From positions 1 through 59,102 of the IMG/VR virus record IMGVR_UViG_3300032284_001102: DNA of 59,102 nt; one strand, 5' to 3'. The position numbers and the translations under genes were made by a program. Below are positions 1 to 9,560 of the stretch, piece by piece; the stretch's first letter is position 1; each line of letters begins with the position of its first letter. The notes below the pieces were generated by a model. The model worked only from the letters and a program-made list of their open reading frames with translations. It had not been told where the DNA came from and ran no database searches. The DNA is from a virus (Duplodnaviria; Caudoviricetes).

Positions 1-428
1 GCTGAATCAGGATAACTATCACTTAAATGTCCTTGTACATTCCAACCCGGAAGATGGCTAACATAATTATAACTATCAAATTGAGCCCAGTCTTTATTTA
101 CATAGTTTACATAATTTTGTGGATTATCTAATGCGTCTGTGCCAGTATATGGAAATCCAATTGCATCCGATGCATCCGCCGATGCATCCGCCGATGCATC
201 TGCCGATGCATCCGAATCGTCTTCCGTCAATAATTCTTGTTCAATTTTATCAAAATATTCTTTAATAAAATTATCAAAATCAAGTTCTGTTATGTTATTT
301 AAAACCATTTCTTTAATAGATTCATCTTGTGAACCTGTTGGGGCACCATTTATATATCCTCCTGGCAAATCTAATCCAATTCCAATTCCCCCCGGAAACC
401 CATCTTCTTGTATTTTATTATCTATCAT
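1..428 (-). CDS. Hypothetical acidic protein, 5' part only (runs off the left edge); not in ORF track
   Basis: Open frame from ATG at 428: MIDNKIQEDGFPGGIGIGLDLPGGYINGAP...DSDASADASADASADASDAIGFPY... with no stop to position 1; same strand as neighbours; TATTTATA motif upstream. Confidence 0.75.
   Translation of the reverse strand, partial: MIDNKIQEDGFPGGIGIGLDLPGGYINGAPTGSQDESIKEMVLNNITELDFDNFIKEYFDKIEQELLTEDDSDASADASADASADASDAIGFPYTGTDALDNPQNYVNYVNKDWAQFDSYNYVSHLPGWNVQGHLSDSYPDS
169..215. repeat. 12-nt tandem repeat GATGCATCCGCC (about 4 copies) encoding DASA repeats
   Basis: Units at 169, 181, 193 and 205. Confidence 0.9.
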
Positions 429-453
429 TTGTAATCTTTATAAATTTAACATA

Positions 454-461
454 TATAAATA
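454..461 (-). promoter_or_regulatory. Putative late promoter TATTTATA
   Basis: Same octamer lies in intergenic DNA upstream of several structural genes. Confidence 0.55.
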
Positions 462-464
462 TCG

Positions 465-1919
465 TTAAACCAAACTCTCCGTAATTTCCAAGTTACCATC
501 TAATAAAAAATTTAAAATTTGTTTCATTTCTGTATTAAAATTTAAATTTCTCCAACTATTTTTACCGTATTGCAAAAATAAATTTTGATTATGAACACAT
601 ATATCCTTTACATTATTTAAAAATTCGTCTTTTTCTTTCTTTGTTTTGGATGCAAATTTATCAATTTCGATTTGTATCATTCTTAATCTAGCAAAGTCAT
701 CATTTTCCATATCGTAACTTTCATCAATATATGGATGAAAAGTTTTAAAACCAAATCTTTCTCTAAGATATTGTAGGGATTTTGACGGGCCTGCTAATAT
801 AAATGGTTGGCAGTGTCCTAATGGTTTAAATATTTTTTCCGATAGATATCCTGTTGCGAAATTAACATAAATATCATCTGGTCCTTTGGATTGAAAAAAT
901 ACAGATTCTGTTACTATACTTAAATATGTGTTTAAATATATATTTTTATCTTCAAATCCAAATCCTGCTATTTTAGTTAAATCTTGTATATCCAATAATG
1001 ATGATGTTTCACTAATCAATTTTGCAAATTCAGTATTATTATCATGTTTTAAAAATTCTTCTATTGGACTTGGATGATAAAATCTATTATCCCAAGAAAC
1101 TAAACTTTTATCCAATCCCAATTTATGAAGATGTGATAACAACAATAATCTATGTAATTTCCAATGTCTAGATAATAAAAGAAAATCCTTTTTGTCTTTT
1201 CCTATACTTTCTATAAATTCTTTTTGAGAAACGATTGTTGATAATCCTGATTTTATATTTCCAACTTGTGTCTCATGTGAATTTTCACCCCAATATTTAT
1301 AATCTGGGTTATCTATTACATTATTAAATTCTTGCGATTTTGCAACCATATTTAAACTATAATCTGCAACTTTATATTTTAATCCTAATTTTTCAAAATT
1401 CTTTTTTAATTTAAAATCAGCAAATAAGAAATATACTTTTTCATCATCTATTCCATTATCTCTTGTAAATTTTATTATTTTTTCAAAATTTTCTATTGTA
1501 AATCCTTCACCACCATCAACTACATAATTAAAAAATAATTTACCATTACCATTTTTAATTTCATCTATTGCAACTTTAGACATAAAATTTAATCCAAACT
1601 CATGTATTTCGTGGTTTCCAAAAAATTGATTTAAATTTGCAAATGGTTCTATCATATAAAACCATTCATAATTGATAGCATTTTTTCTATCTTCTTTAAT
1701 TTCAAATATTGATTTTTTTTGTGGAATGGTTGAATAAAAATTACTATTATAAACTGCCCAATGACAATTCCATCTTTTTGAAAAAAATTCTCCTGACATT
1801 GAGTAATCAAAATTAGATGCTGTGTATATTGTATTTAAAAATTTTGGATTTAAACAATTGGGGATTTCACCACTATATGTCATAATATCATATCCAAATA
1901 CTAATTTGTTTTTTATCAT
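465..1919 (-). CDS. Putative glycosyltransferase-like protein ('TES...EK..KP...QPF' family)
   Basis: C-terminal IVTES...SEKIFKPL...QPFIL.G...GFKTF...IDESYD block shared with 3025..4215 and 9560..10918; glycan-locus context. Confidence 0.5.
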   Translation of the reverse strand: MIKNKLVFGYDIMTYSGEIPNCLNPKFLNTIYTASNFDYSMSGEFFSKRWNCHWAVYNSNFYSTIPQKKSIFEIKEDRKNAINYEWFYMIEPFANLNQFFGNHEIHEFGLNFMSKVAIDEIKNGNGKLFFNYVVDGGEGFTIENFEKIIKFTRDNGIDDEKVYFLFADFKLKKNFEKLGLKYKVADYSLNMVAKSQEFNNVIDNPDYKYWGENSHETQVGNIKSGLSTIVSQKEFIESIGKDKKDFLLLSRHWKLHRLLLLSHLHKLGLDKSLVSWDNRFYHPSPIEEFLKHDNNTEFAKLISETSSLLDIQDLTKIAGFGFEDKNIYLNTYLSIVTESVFFQSKGPDDIYVNFATGYLSEKIFKPLGHCQPFILAGPSKSLQYLRERFGFKTFHPYIDESYDMENDDFARLRMIQIEIDKFASKTKKEKDEFLNNVKDICVHNQNLFLQYGKNSWRNLNFNTEMKQILNFLLDGNLEITESLV

Positions 1920-3040
1920 ATAATTTTTTTATGAGGTTTTCCTAAAAAATCTACCAGTACTTCTTTTACAAACTTTTTATTCATATATGGTGCGGTGTGT
2001 TGCCAGTAATTATTAGTTTTAAAATATTCCATTATATCTTCTTTTGTTCTAAATCCATTGTCCCATTTTGACCTATATTCTTGCCAAATTATATTAGGAA
2101 TGTCATCATCATCGGATATTTCATCAAAATCATAATTTTGTATAGACCACTCAACTTGTCCACCAAATTTACTAATACCATCTTTTTTATAAAACCAAAA
2201 TTTATCAAAATCAATCATATCATATAACCATTTAATATGTGGTTGATTTTCAAATTGAATTTTGTTATCAGTTTCCCAAGTATTAGGAATAAATTTATCA
2301 TAAAAAACATGCCATTCTTGTGATTTTTTACTATCAATTGGTGCAAATAATGGAAATTTATCATCTGTTCTATAATCAACTGAAAAATTGTTATGCATAT
2401 TAAAAAACATATATTCTATCCCATTTGCTTTACAAAAAGATTGAACAAGTAAAATTGATTGAAAAAATTGAATCATTCGTTCATCTGCTGAAAAAATGTG
2501 TTCTACATAATCATCAAAAAATTCTTTAGCTTTTGTTATAACGTGTTCACAATGGTATCCACCTGATAGTAGATAATATCCGTGTTCTCCTGGATATAAT
2601 TTTTCATTATCTATAAAATCATTTACATGTGCAAATGATTCGTTAATAGGATATGTATTTTTATCTCTTTCTTTTATAAATTCTTTATTCAAAAAATAAT
2701 CATTTTTATGTTGTTTATTTTTTGATATAAAAAATGAGCTTCTTGACCATCCTGACCATTGGACTATTACTTGTATATTTTTTGGATTTTTTCCTTCTTT
2801 TAATAATTTATCAATACCATATAATGTAGATTTTGCAATAACTTCATTATCATTTGTTGGACAACCATAATTTATTACTTTATATTCTGGGTATTCTTTT
2901 TGAATAAAATGTGGCCATTTCCATTGAGATATTGGGTCTGTTTGAAAATCATCCGCAGTCCCTGATATTCCAATTCGTCTATATTGGCGAGTAAACGAAC
3001 ATCCGTTTGTAATAATATATTTTGTTAAAATTTGTTCCAT
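1916..3040 (-). CDS. SGNH/GDSL-like protein (GCSFT family)
   Basis: N-terminal NGCSFT, QWSGWSR, C-terminal His (WQHT); close paralogue of 6654..7742. Confidence 0.6.
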   Translation of the reverse strand: MEQILTKYIITNGCSFTRQYRRIGISGTADDFQTDPISQWKWPHFIQKEYPEYKVINYGCPTNDNEVIAKSTLYGIDKLLKEGKNPKNIQVIVQWSGWSRSSFFISKNKQHKNDYFLNKEFIKERDKNTYPINESFAHVNDFIDNEKLYPGEHGYYLLSGGYHCEHVITKAKEFFDDYVEHIFSADERMIQFFQSILLVQSFCKANGIEYMFFNMHNNFSVDYRTDDKFPLFAPIDSKKSQEWHVFYDKFIPNTWETDNKIQFENQPHIKWLYDMIDFDKFWFYKKDGISKFGGQVEWSIQNYDFDEISDDDDIPNIIWQEYRSKWDNGFRTKEDIMEYFKTNNYWQHTAPYMNKKFVKEVLVDFLGKPHKKII

Positions 3041-4215
3041 ATGTCATTTAAAGATTTAATATATACATCGTTTAAAAGAGTACTATGATTTCTTTTAGAA
3101 AAATGAAAATAATCTCTATTAAATTCTTTTAATTCAATTTGAGACATATTCATAACATTTAATGTAAATTTTTTAATTTCATTCATTCGTTCTTCTGCAT
3201 CTTCTATTGAATCATATGAATAATTCCAAAAATCAAATCTATAATTTAATCCTTTTTCTTCTAAAAATTTTATTGTATTTGGTTTTGCAAGTAAAATAAA
3301 TGGATGAGACAACATAGTTGGTTTCATTGTTTTTTCAGAAATATTATTCCATGTTTTTTCTGTTTTTTTAGCCCCAGCTTCGCCTGCAACATCATAAAAT
3401 CTAGTTTCAGCTACAATTTCAAAACTTGTATCCAAATATGTCAATAAATTTATTTGTCCTCCACTATTTCTATAAGTTTCTTCACTAAATAAATCGAAAT
3501 CAATTCGTTTAGGTATATGTTTTAAAATTTCAAATGATTTAAATTCTGCATCGTATTCAATTGGTACAAATTCTCTAAATATTGATTTATCAAAATCAAC
3601 TCCAGTAGATGTCCATATTATATCATTTAATAAATTATTTTTATATAAAAATTCTAAAAATTTTACTTTATGAAATCTGACATGTCCAGGGTAATAAAAT
3701 GCTTTATATTTTGGCCAAAAGTTTATTTGAGAATCTTTTATCTTAATATAAGCGTCTCTATTCCTAGCAACTTCCGATTTTGGATTTATATGATGATAAA
3801 ATAAAACTTCAAAATATAAATGATTGTCTCTATTTTGTAATAAATTTTTTGAAATAAAATAACATGGTTTGTTTGTTAATTTTTCTATTTCGTCAAAATT
3901 ATATTCCGCTATTTCTTGCTCATCATATGTAGAAAAATCAAAAAATAAAGCTTTACAATTTACACTATCTATAAATAATTTTAATTTAGTTTTAAATAAT
4001 TCGGTAGTATCTGTTACATCAAATGCAATTATTAAATTTGTATTTGAATCCATATCATCAAAATTTACTAAATCTACTTTTTGATGCATATGAAATGAAC
4101 TAGGTAATTCACTATGGTCAGTTGATGGTTGTATGTTTTTTACTACAACATATTCAAATCCACCCAATAAAGTATTATTTTTTCGTAAAAACTTTACAAA
4201 GCAACATTTTTTCAT
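3025..4215 (-). CDS. Putative glycosyltransferase-like protein ('ET...EK..KP...PF' family)
   Basis: IVAET...ISEKTMKP...HPFIL...YSYD block paralogous to 465..1919. Confidence 0.5.
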   Translation of the reverse strand: MKKCCFVKFLRKNNTLLGGFEYVVVKNIQPSTDHSELPSSFHMHQKVDLVNFDDMDSNTNLIIAFDVTDTTELFKTKLKLFIDSVNCKALFFDFSTYDEQEIAEYNFDEIEKLTNKPCYFISKNLLQNRDNHLYFEVLFYHHINPKSEVARNRDAYIKIKDSQINFWPKYKAFYYPGHVRFHKVKFLEFLYKNNLLNDIIWTSTGVDFDKSIFREFVPIEYDAEFKSFEILKHIPKRIDFDLFSEETYRNSGGQINLLTYLDTSFEIVAETRFYDVAGEAGAKKTEKTWNNISEKTMKPTMLSHPFILLAKPNTIKFLEEKGLNYRFDFWNYSYDSIEDAEERMNEIKKFTLNVMNMSQIELKEFNRDYFHFSKRNHSTLLNDVYIKSLNDIWNKF

Positions 4216-4220
4216 AAAAA

Positions 4221-4352
4221 TTAAAAAGATTTATATACAAACGGGTCACGTTTTTTAAGTTCTTCTAATTTCTTTTTTAATCTTTTTTTCATTTGTCTTT
4301 GTTCATATTTTTTAACAAAGAATGAAATAATTGGCAATTCTTTAATTTTCAT
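4221..4352 (-). CDS. 43-aa basic peptide ending in PFVYKSF (DltX/SxtK-like C-terminal motif); not in ORF track
   Basis: MKIKELPIISFFVKKYEQRQMKKRLKKKLEELKKRDPFVYKSF*; fills the gap between two genes and overlaps the upstream stop. Confidence 0.8.
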   Translation of the reverse strand: MKIKELPIISFFVKKYEQRQMKKRLKKKLEELKKRDPFVYKSF

Positions 4353-5124
4353 TTTCTATTTCTTTAAGTAATTTATCAAATTTTTCTGTTCCAAATTTAT
4401 CCCAGGGTATATTAAATATAGAATATGGTTTCCAATTTACTCCTGTATTTATAAATTCAAATTCTGCAGTGCTTCTATTTTTTTTATCTATTTCTAATTC
4501 ATTTGGTTTTGTTAACAATGTTTTTGCATATTTACCACTCATCCAAAAAAAGTTACCAGCATATACTTCACAATTAAACATTGGTTCATTTAAAAATGTT
4601 CCAACTGTATTATATTCTGTTTTATTTAATATATCTATACATTCTTTATTTTTTTCTATTAAATAATATTCCATAGTTCTTTTCCAATTAATAGAATTTT
4701 TTTCATAATTTAACCTATTAATTTCGTTTCTACTTAAATTATTTGTATCAATATCTTCATATGGTGATTGATGTGAAGCTCCTTTAGTATGTATGTATAA
4801 AATACTATCATTATCTTCAAATATCTCTTTATCTTTTATTATAAGATTTAAAGTATTCCATTCTGCCGCTACATTTGTCATATCATTAAATACATAATCT
4901 CTAATTACATAATCGGGTTCATATGGTAATATTTCTTTTGATATCCATTCATATATTTTATGACTACTATCATTTTTTGATATAATATCTTGTCTGGATG
5001 GTGCTAAAATTACTATATTTACTTTTGTTTTACATTTAAAACTATTTTGAATATATAATATTTGTTCTTTTACAATATCAAAAGAATATCTGAATGCGTA
5101 TATGTGATAATATATATGAACCAT
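4342..5124 (-). CDS. Conserved viral protein, putative glycosyltransferase (YxHTKG...GNFFW family)
   Basis: Motifs LYIHTKG, W..M.Y.L, AGNFFW, R..AE; glycan-locus context. Confidence 0.45.
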   Translation of the reverse strand: MVHIYYHIYAFRYSFDIVKEQILYIQNSFKCKTKVNIVILAPSRQDIISKNDSSHKIYEWISKEILPYEPDYVIRDYVFNDMTNVAAEWNTLNLIIKDKEIFEDNDSILYIHTKGASHQSPYEDIDTNNLSRNEINRLNYEKNSINWKRTMEYYLIEKNKECIDILNKTEYNTVGTFLNEPMFNCEVYAGNFFWMSGKYAKTLLTKPNELEIDKKNRSTAEFEFINTGVNWKPYSIFNIPWDKFGTEKFDKLLKEIENEN

Positions 5125-5654
5125 TATTTATTATATAATTCTGGATATTCTGCTAATATATGAACACCACCATTTTGGATTGCATATTTGTATGATAGTT
5201 CAACATCTTGCCAAGTTTTTAAATCATGTATTTCTATATTCGGGCACATAGTTTTAAATTCATTAATATAATTTGCTTTATGTTGATGTCCTGGGTCTAA
5301 TGGTGTATCTGCACCTTTACCAACTCTAATAAGTATATTTACTTTTTTTTCCGTCATCAATTCAAATTTATCAACATGGTTTATAAGTTGATTTGCTGCA
5401 GAAATTAAAAAGTCCCAACGAGGATAAAATGAAATAACAGTTTTGCCTGTGATTGCTAAACCCAAACTCATTCCCATTTGCGTTTCTTCCATAACAGGAA
5501 CTTCAATCATTTTTTCTTTTGGTACTTCGGTTAGGGTTGTACTCATTGGATTTCCTGCGTAAATTATTTGCTGGCCAATAAAGATAGTATTGTCTAATTT
5601 AGCCAAATCCGACATTACTTTTGTAAGTGCAATTTTATATTCCGTTGGTTCCAT
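5124..5654 (-). CDS. ThDP-dependent enzyme beta subunit (transketolase/E1-beta pyrimidine-binding domain only)
   Basis: IFIGQ, EVPVMEETQMGMSLGLA, DFL...NQLIN, GHQH; lacks the C-terminal domain. Confidence 0.8.
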   Translation of the reverse strand: MEPTEYKIALTKVMSDLAKLDNTIFIGQQIIYAGNPMSTTLTEVPKEKMIEVPVMEETQMGMSLGLAITGKTVISFYPRWDFLISAANQLINHVDKFELMTEKKVNILIRVGKGADTPLDPGHQHKANYINEFKTMCPNIEIHDLKTWQDVELSYKYAIQNGGVHILAEYPELYNK

Positions 5655-6646
5655 TATGGTTTAGAATTTGGATTATATAAATGTTTATTTGCTTTATACC
5701 ACTCAATAGTCTCTTTTAAAGCTTCTTTTAGATTTCTCTTTGGTTTCCATCCTAAATCGTTAATCTTTTTTGAAGATAATAATCTAATTGGAATCATTGG
5801 TGCTTTATTATTAACATATTCAATTGGATTTGTATTGTTATCCAATTCTTTGATTGTTGCAAGTGTTTCATTTACTGTAAATCCTTCACCATAACACACA
5901 TTAAAAATATCGTATGTATCGTTATTCTCTGCTACAAAGATAAAACCATCTGCCATATCTTCAACATGTAATAAATCTCTTACTTCCGTACCATCACCCC
6001 AAACAGGGATTGGATTTAAACCATCTGCTACTTTACGGATATTTGCAGGTGTAACGTGACATTTTTCAAAATCAAATTTATCATTAGGGCCGAATGCGTT
6101 TGAAGGTCTAACAATCAAACATTGCATTGGTTCGTGAATCTGATTAGAAAAGAAATCACATAACATTTCACCATACCTCTTCATACCACCAACCGCTTTG
6201 TAAACCGGCAACATTGGAGTAGCGTGTACATTAATATCTTCGGTACAAAACTCAATTCCCATATCAGGGTAAGTTGTATTAGATGATATGAATAAAAACT
6301 TTCTAACTTTATTTTTCCAGCTTTGTTCCATTAAGTTTACATTCATCTCTACATTTGGAGTAACATGTAATAATGGGTTAAATTTAGTATCTAATGCGTT
6401 TGATGTGTTTGCTGCACAATGAAATACTACATCAACATCTTTACTAATTAATTCACAAAACTCTGCAGTTTGTAAATCTCCTTTGATGTGTTCTACTTCT
6501 GATGTTCCTTCAAAATCGTTTCTCAAATCTCTACTAAATGAGGTTGAACGGAGATTTCTATATCCTTTTTCATATAGTAATCGTAATAAATGTGAACCTA
6601 TAAATCCACTTGCTCCTGTAACTAAAACCTTGTCTGTTTTTTTCAT
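5654..6646 (-). CDS. NAD-dependent nucleotide-sugar epimerase/reductase (extended SDR, GDP-fucose-synthase-like)
   Basis: VTGASGFIG, FHCAA, RPSNAFGP, WGDG...RDLLHVED. Confidence 0.85.
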   Translation of the reverse strand: MKKTDKVLVTGASGFIGSHLLRLLYEKGYRNLRSTSFSRDLRNDFEGTSEVEHIKGDLQTAEFCELISKDVDVVFHCAANTSNALDTKFNPLLHVTPNVEMNVNLMEQSWKNKVRKFLFISSNTTYPDMGIEFCTEDINVHATPMLPVYKAVGGMKRYGEMLCDFFSNQIHEPMQCLIVRPSNAFGPNDKFDFEKCHVTPANIRKVADGLNPIPVWGDGTEVRDLLHVEDMADGFIFVAENNDTYDIFNVCYGEGFTVNETLATIKELDNNTNPIEYVNNKAPMIPIRLLSSKKINDLGWKPKRNLKEALKETIEWYKANKHLYNPNSKP

Positions 6647-6653
6647 ATATTTT

Positions 6654-7742
6654 TTATTTAAAAATGTCCCACTTTAATACTACATCATTTACAAATTTTC
6701 TTGCCAATACGGATGATGTGTGTCCATACCAACTATTATTTAAATATTTTCTTTGTTCATCTTCACTCATTCCATTCATTTCTCTCCATAATACTTTTGG
6801 TAAATCGTATTTAGAATCATCTAAGTTTTCATTAAAATTTCTAATTGACCATTCTATTATACCACCATTTTTATGTTTATTTTCTTCTTCAAAAAACCAA
6901 AAATATTTATCAAAGTTTATTCTATCAGTATACATTTTAACATATGGGTTTTCATCTGTTAGTATAGAATCTTTCCATGTATTACAAATTATTTTTTCTT
7001 TTACTATACAATCGTATGTGTCTGAATTAATTCTTTTTCTTTCTTCGTTATATGATGGTGGTGTTTTACTTTCGTCTAAATAACTTTTTGAAAAATTATT
7101 ATTCATTTGAAATGATTTTATTTTAGTAACACCTAACGATTCTAAATAAGAAAATAATCCAATCATCGAATCGAACCAATCAATATATCGTTCTTCTTTT
7201 GATAATACTTTGTTTGCATAATCCAATGCAAATTCTTGCATTCCATCTGGATTATTTGTTGGGCTATAATATCCACCTGTTAAATAAAAATACCCATGCT
7301 GATACGCATTTTCTTTTTTATCCCATTTAATAAAATCATTTGTATGTGGTGGAGAATCATTTTTTTCAATAAAATTTTTTAAACAATTATTTTTCTGGTT
7401 ATAATTTTTATTTGATATAAACCAAGATGTTCTTGTTAAAGAAGTCCATTGTGCTATAACAATAATATCTTTTGGGTCTACTTTTTGATTAAAAATTAAA
7501 TCATTTACTTTATAAAATATTGACCTACAAATTGTTTTATTATCATTTGTTATTGCTGCGTAGTTATGAAATTCTACATCGTGTTGTTTACTATAAATTT
7601 TCCAAAGCCAATGGAACCAAGTATATGTGTCCTTTTCATCATGCTTCCACCTATCCTCTGATTTATTGTATGGGTCTATGTTGGGTCTAAAATTGCTAGT
7701 AAAAGAACAACCACTTGTTACAATGTGAATTTTATTTTTCAT
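6654..7742 (-). CDS. SGNH/GDSL-like protein (GCSFT family)
   Basis: SGCSFT, QWTSLTR, C-terminal YGH; paralogue of 1916..3040. Confidence 0.6.
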   Translation of the reverse strand: MKNKIHIVTSGCSFTSNFRPNIDPYNKSEDRWKHDEKDTYTWFHWLWKIYSKQHDVEFHNYAAITNDNKTICRSIFYKVNDLIFNQKVDPKDIIVIAQWTSLTRTSWFISNKNYNQKNNCLKNFIEKNDSPPHTNDFIKWDKKENAYQHGYFYLTGGYYSPTNNPDGMQEFALDYANKVLSKEERYIDWFDSMIGLFSYLESLGVTKIKSFQMNNNFSKSYLDESKTPPSYNEERKRINSDTYDCIVKEKIICNTWKDSILTDENPYVKMYTDRINFDKYFWFFEEENKHKNGGIIEWSIRNFNENLDDSKYDLPKVLWREMNGMSEDEQRKYLNNSWYGHTSSVLARKFVNDVVLKWDIFK

Positions 7743-7748
7743 ATATTA

Positions 7749-7778
7749 AATATACTTAAAATTTTTCAAATTATCAAA
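7749..7778 (-). promoter_or_regulatory. Bacteroidota-type promoter TTTG-N19-GTATATT, 6 nt before the ATG
   Basis: Identical geometry at 34946, 56779 and 58174. Confidence 0.65.
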
Positions 7779-7813
7779 TAAATATTTTTGTTTTTTTGAT
7801 ACAACTATGTTTT

Positions 7814-8557
7814 TCATAAAAATTTATTTTCTTTTGTATAATAATTAAATTCTATAATTTTTTGATATAAATAATCTGCCCATGCTTTATGACCTTCTTT
7901 GTCAGGATGTGCATTACCGATTGTATTTGTATAAGTAGCAAATGATTCTTTTAAATATTTTTCATTTGTTAATTCATATATTAAATTTTTATCATTATAT
8001 TCTTTTTTTTTAAATTCCCAACCACGTTCAAAATCCCACCCATTAAACATTATGTATTTTACTTTTAATTTTTCTAATAAACCAAATAGTGCATATTGAA
8101 AACAAAAAAATAAATTTAATTGATATTCATGATTAAAAAAATCAATAGAATAATCTATTACTTTGTTTTGATATTTTGAAATAATTTCTTTATCTAATTC
8201 CTCTTTATTAATTTTCATCTTTGATAATGCAGGTAGTGGGTCTCCTCCATATAAAAATTCTAAGCTGCACCAATCACTAAATGGTGATGTAAATAAATAT
8301 CCTTCATTTGTTACTATTTCATCCCTCATAGGACTTGTCCATTGAACAATTAAGATGTCATCATTATTCCAATTTTTTAATAAATCAATTACTCTTCTAA
8401 AAATATATTGGTTAGAGTGGCCAGGAACACCATTATTTATTGAATTAAATTTTAATAACTTTCCCAATTCACTTGTATAGGTATTTTCTCTATCTACACC
8501 AGTACCTTCGGTAAAAGAACATCCAAACGAAACTACATTTTTTGGGTAACTATACAT
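7814..8557 (-). CDS. SGNH/GDSL-like protein
   Basis: FGCSFTEG, GVPGHSN, QWTSPMR, HPDKEGH. Confidence 0.7.
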   Translation of the reverse strand: MYSYPKNVVSFGCSFTEGTGVDRENTYTSELGKLLKFNSINNGVPGHSNQYIFRRVIDLLKNWNNDDILIVQWTSPMRDEIVTNEGYLFTSPFSDWCSLEFLYGGDPLPALSKMKINKEELDKEIISKYQNKVIDYSIDFFNHEYQLNLFFCFQYALFGLLEKLKVKYIMFNGWDFERGWEFKKKEYNDKNLIYELTNEKYLKESFATYTNTIGNAHPDKEGHKAWADYLYQKIIEFNYYTKENKFL

Positions 8558-8561
8558 GGTA

Positions 8562-9560
8562 TTAAATTCTACTTTTATATTCTAAAATAGATTTAGTCAA
8601 TCCTTCTTTTAAAGTTGTTTTTGGAAGAATACCATATTTTTTTTGTTTGTCGGCTCCTAAACATCTAATTGGGTCACCATTTGTTTTTGTAGAATCCCAT
8701 GTAATAATTTTTGTTTTGCCTGTTAATTCTTTGTAGCATTCAACAATGGTTTCAATTGTTTCTTTAATAGTTACTGCTTCTGCACAACCAAAATTAATAA
8801 TATCACTAACTTCTTTTTTAACTACATCAATTGCAGCCTGTGCTACATCGTCTCCAAATACAAAGTCTCTTTTTGAAGAACCATCGCCCCAACATACCAT
8901 TTCTTCACCTTCTACATTAAATAATTTCCAAATATTAGAACTAATAACAGTTGCATCTTGTGCAAAGTTATCATTTACGCCATAAATATTTGAAGGTCTA
9001 ATTACTGTATAATTTTTCCAACCATATTGTACTCTTAAAGAATCTAAAGTTAATTCACCCATTCTTTTTGTCCAACCTGGATGCCAATCTAAACGAGATG
9101 GTGTAGATGCCCAAGTTTCTTCTTGATTCCAAGTATCTCCCTCATTCATAATATCTGCCGGTTTATAAACACCAACCGATGAAAGATATACAAACCAATC
9201 AATTTTTGCGTCAAACGATGCTTTAATCATATTGGTATTAAACATTAACATTGGGAATAAATAATCTGCTGGCTGAGTCGATGACCTTGCTGGTGAACCT
9301 TTTACACCCGCAATGTGTAATACTATATCAATCTTTTCTCCTTTAAATAAATCTTCACAATGAGAAAGATATGTGAGGTCTGTTTTAACCAAAACCAACC
9401 ATTCTTTACCATATTGTTGTTGTAAAAACAAAATATTATCACTAAATTTTAAATCAACTGCAAATACTTTTGCACCTTCATCTAAACATTTTTTAACTGC
9501 TGGTAATCCTACCAGTCCGTTTGCTCCGGTTATAATAACCTTTTTTCCTGTAAATTCCAT
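8562..9560 (-). CDS. NAD-dependent nucleotide-sugar epimerase/reductase (extended SDR, GDP-fucose-synthase-like)
   Basis: ITGANGLVG, YLSSVGVY, RPSNIYG, WGDGSSKRDF. Confidence 0.85.
   Translation of the reverse strand: MEFTGKKVIITGANGLVGLPAVKKCLDEGAKVFAVDLKFSDNILFLQQQYGKEWLVLVKTDLTYLSHCEDLFKGEKIDIVLHIAGVKGSPARSSTQPADYLFPMLMFNTNMIKASFDAKIDWFVYLSSVGVYKPADIMNEGDTWNQEETWASTPSRLDWHPGWTKRMGELTLDSLRVQYGWKNYTVIRPSNIYGVNDNFAQDATVISSNIWKLFNVEGEEMVCWGDGSSKRDFVFGDDVAQAAIDVVKKEVSDIINFGCAEAVTIKETIETIVECYKELTGKTKIITWDSTKTNGDPIRCLGADKQKKYGILPKTTLKEGLTKSILEYKSRI

Noticed and set aside
139-468. 109-aa plus-strand ORF
   Set aside because: Antisense shadow of the minus-strand gene starting at 428, which fits strand bias and has an upstream motif
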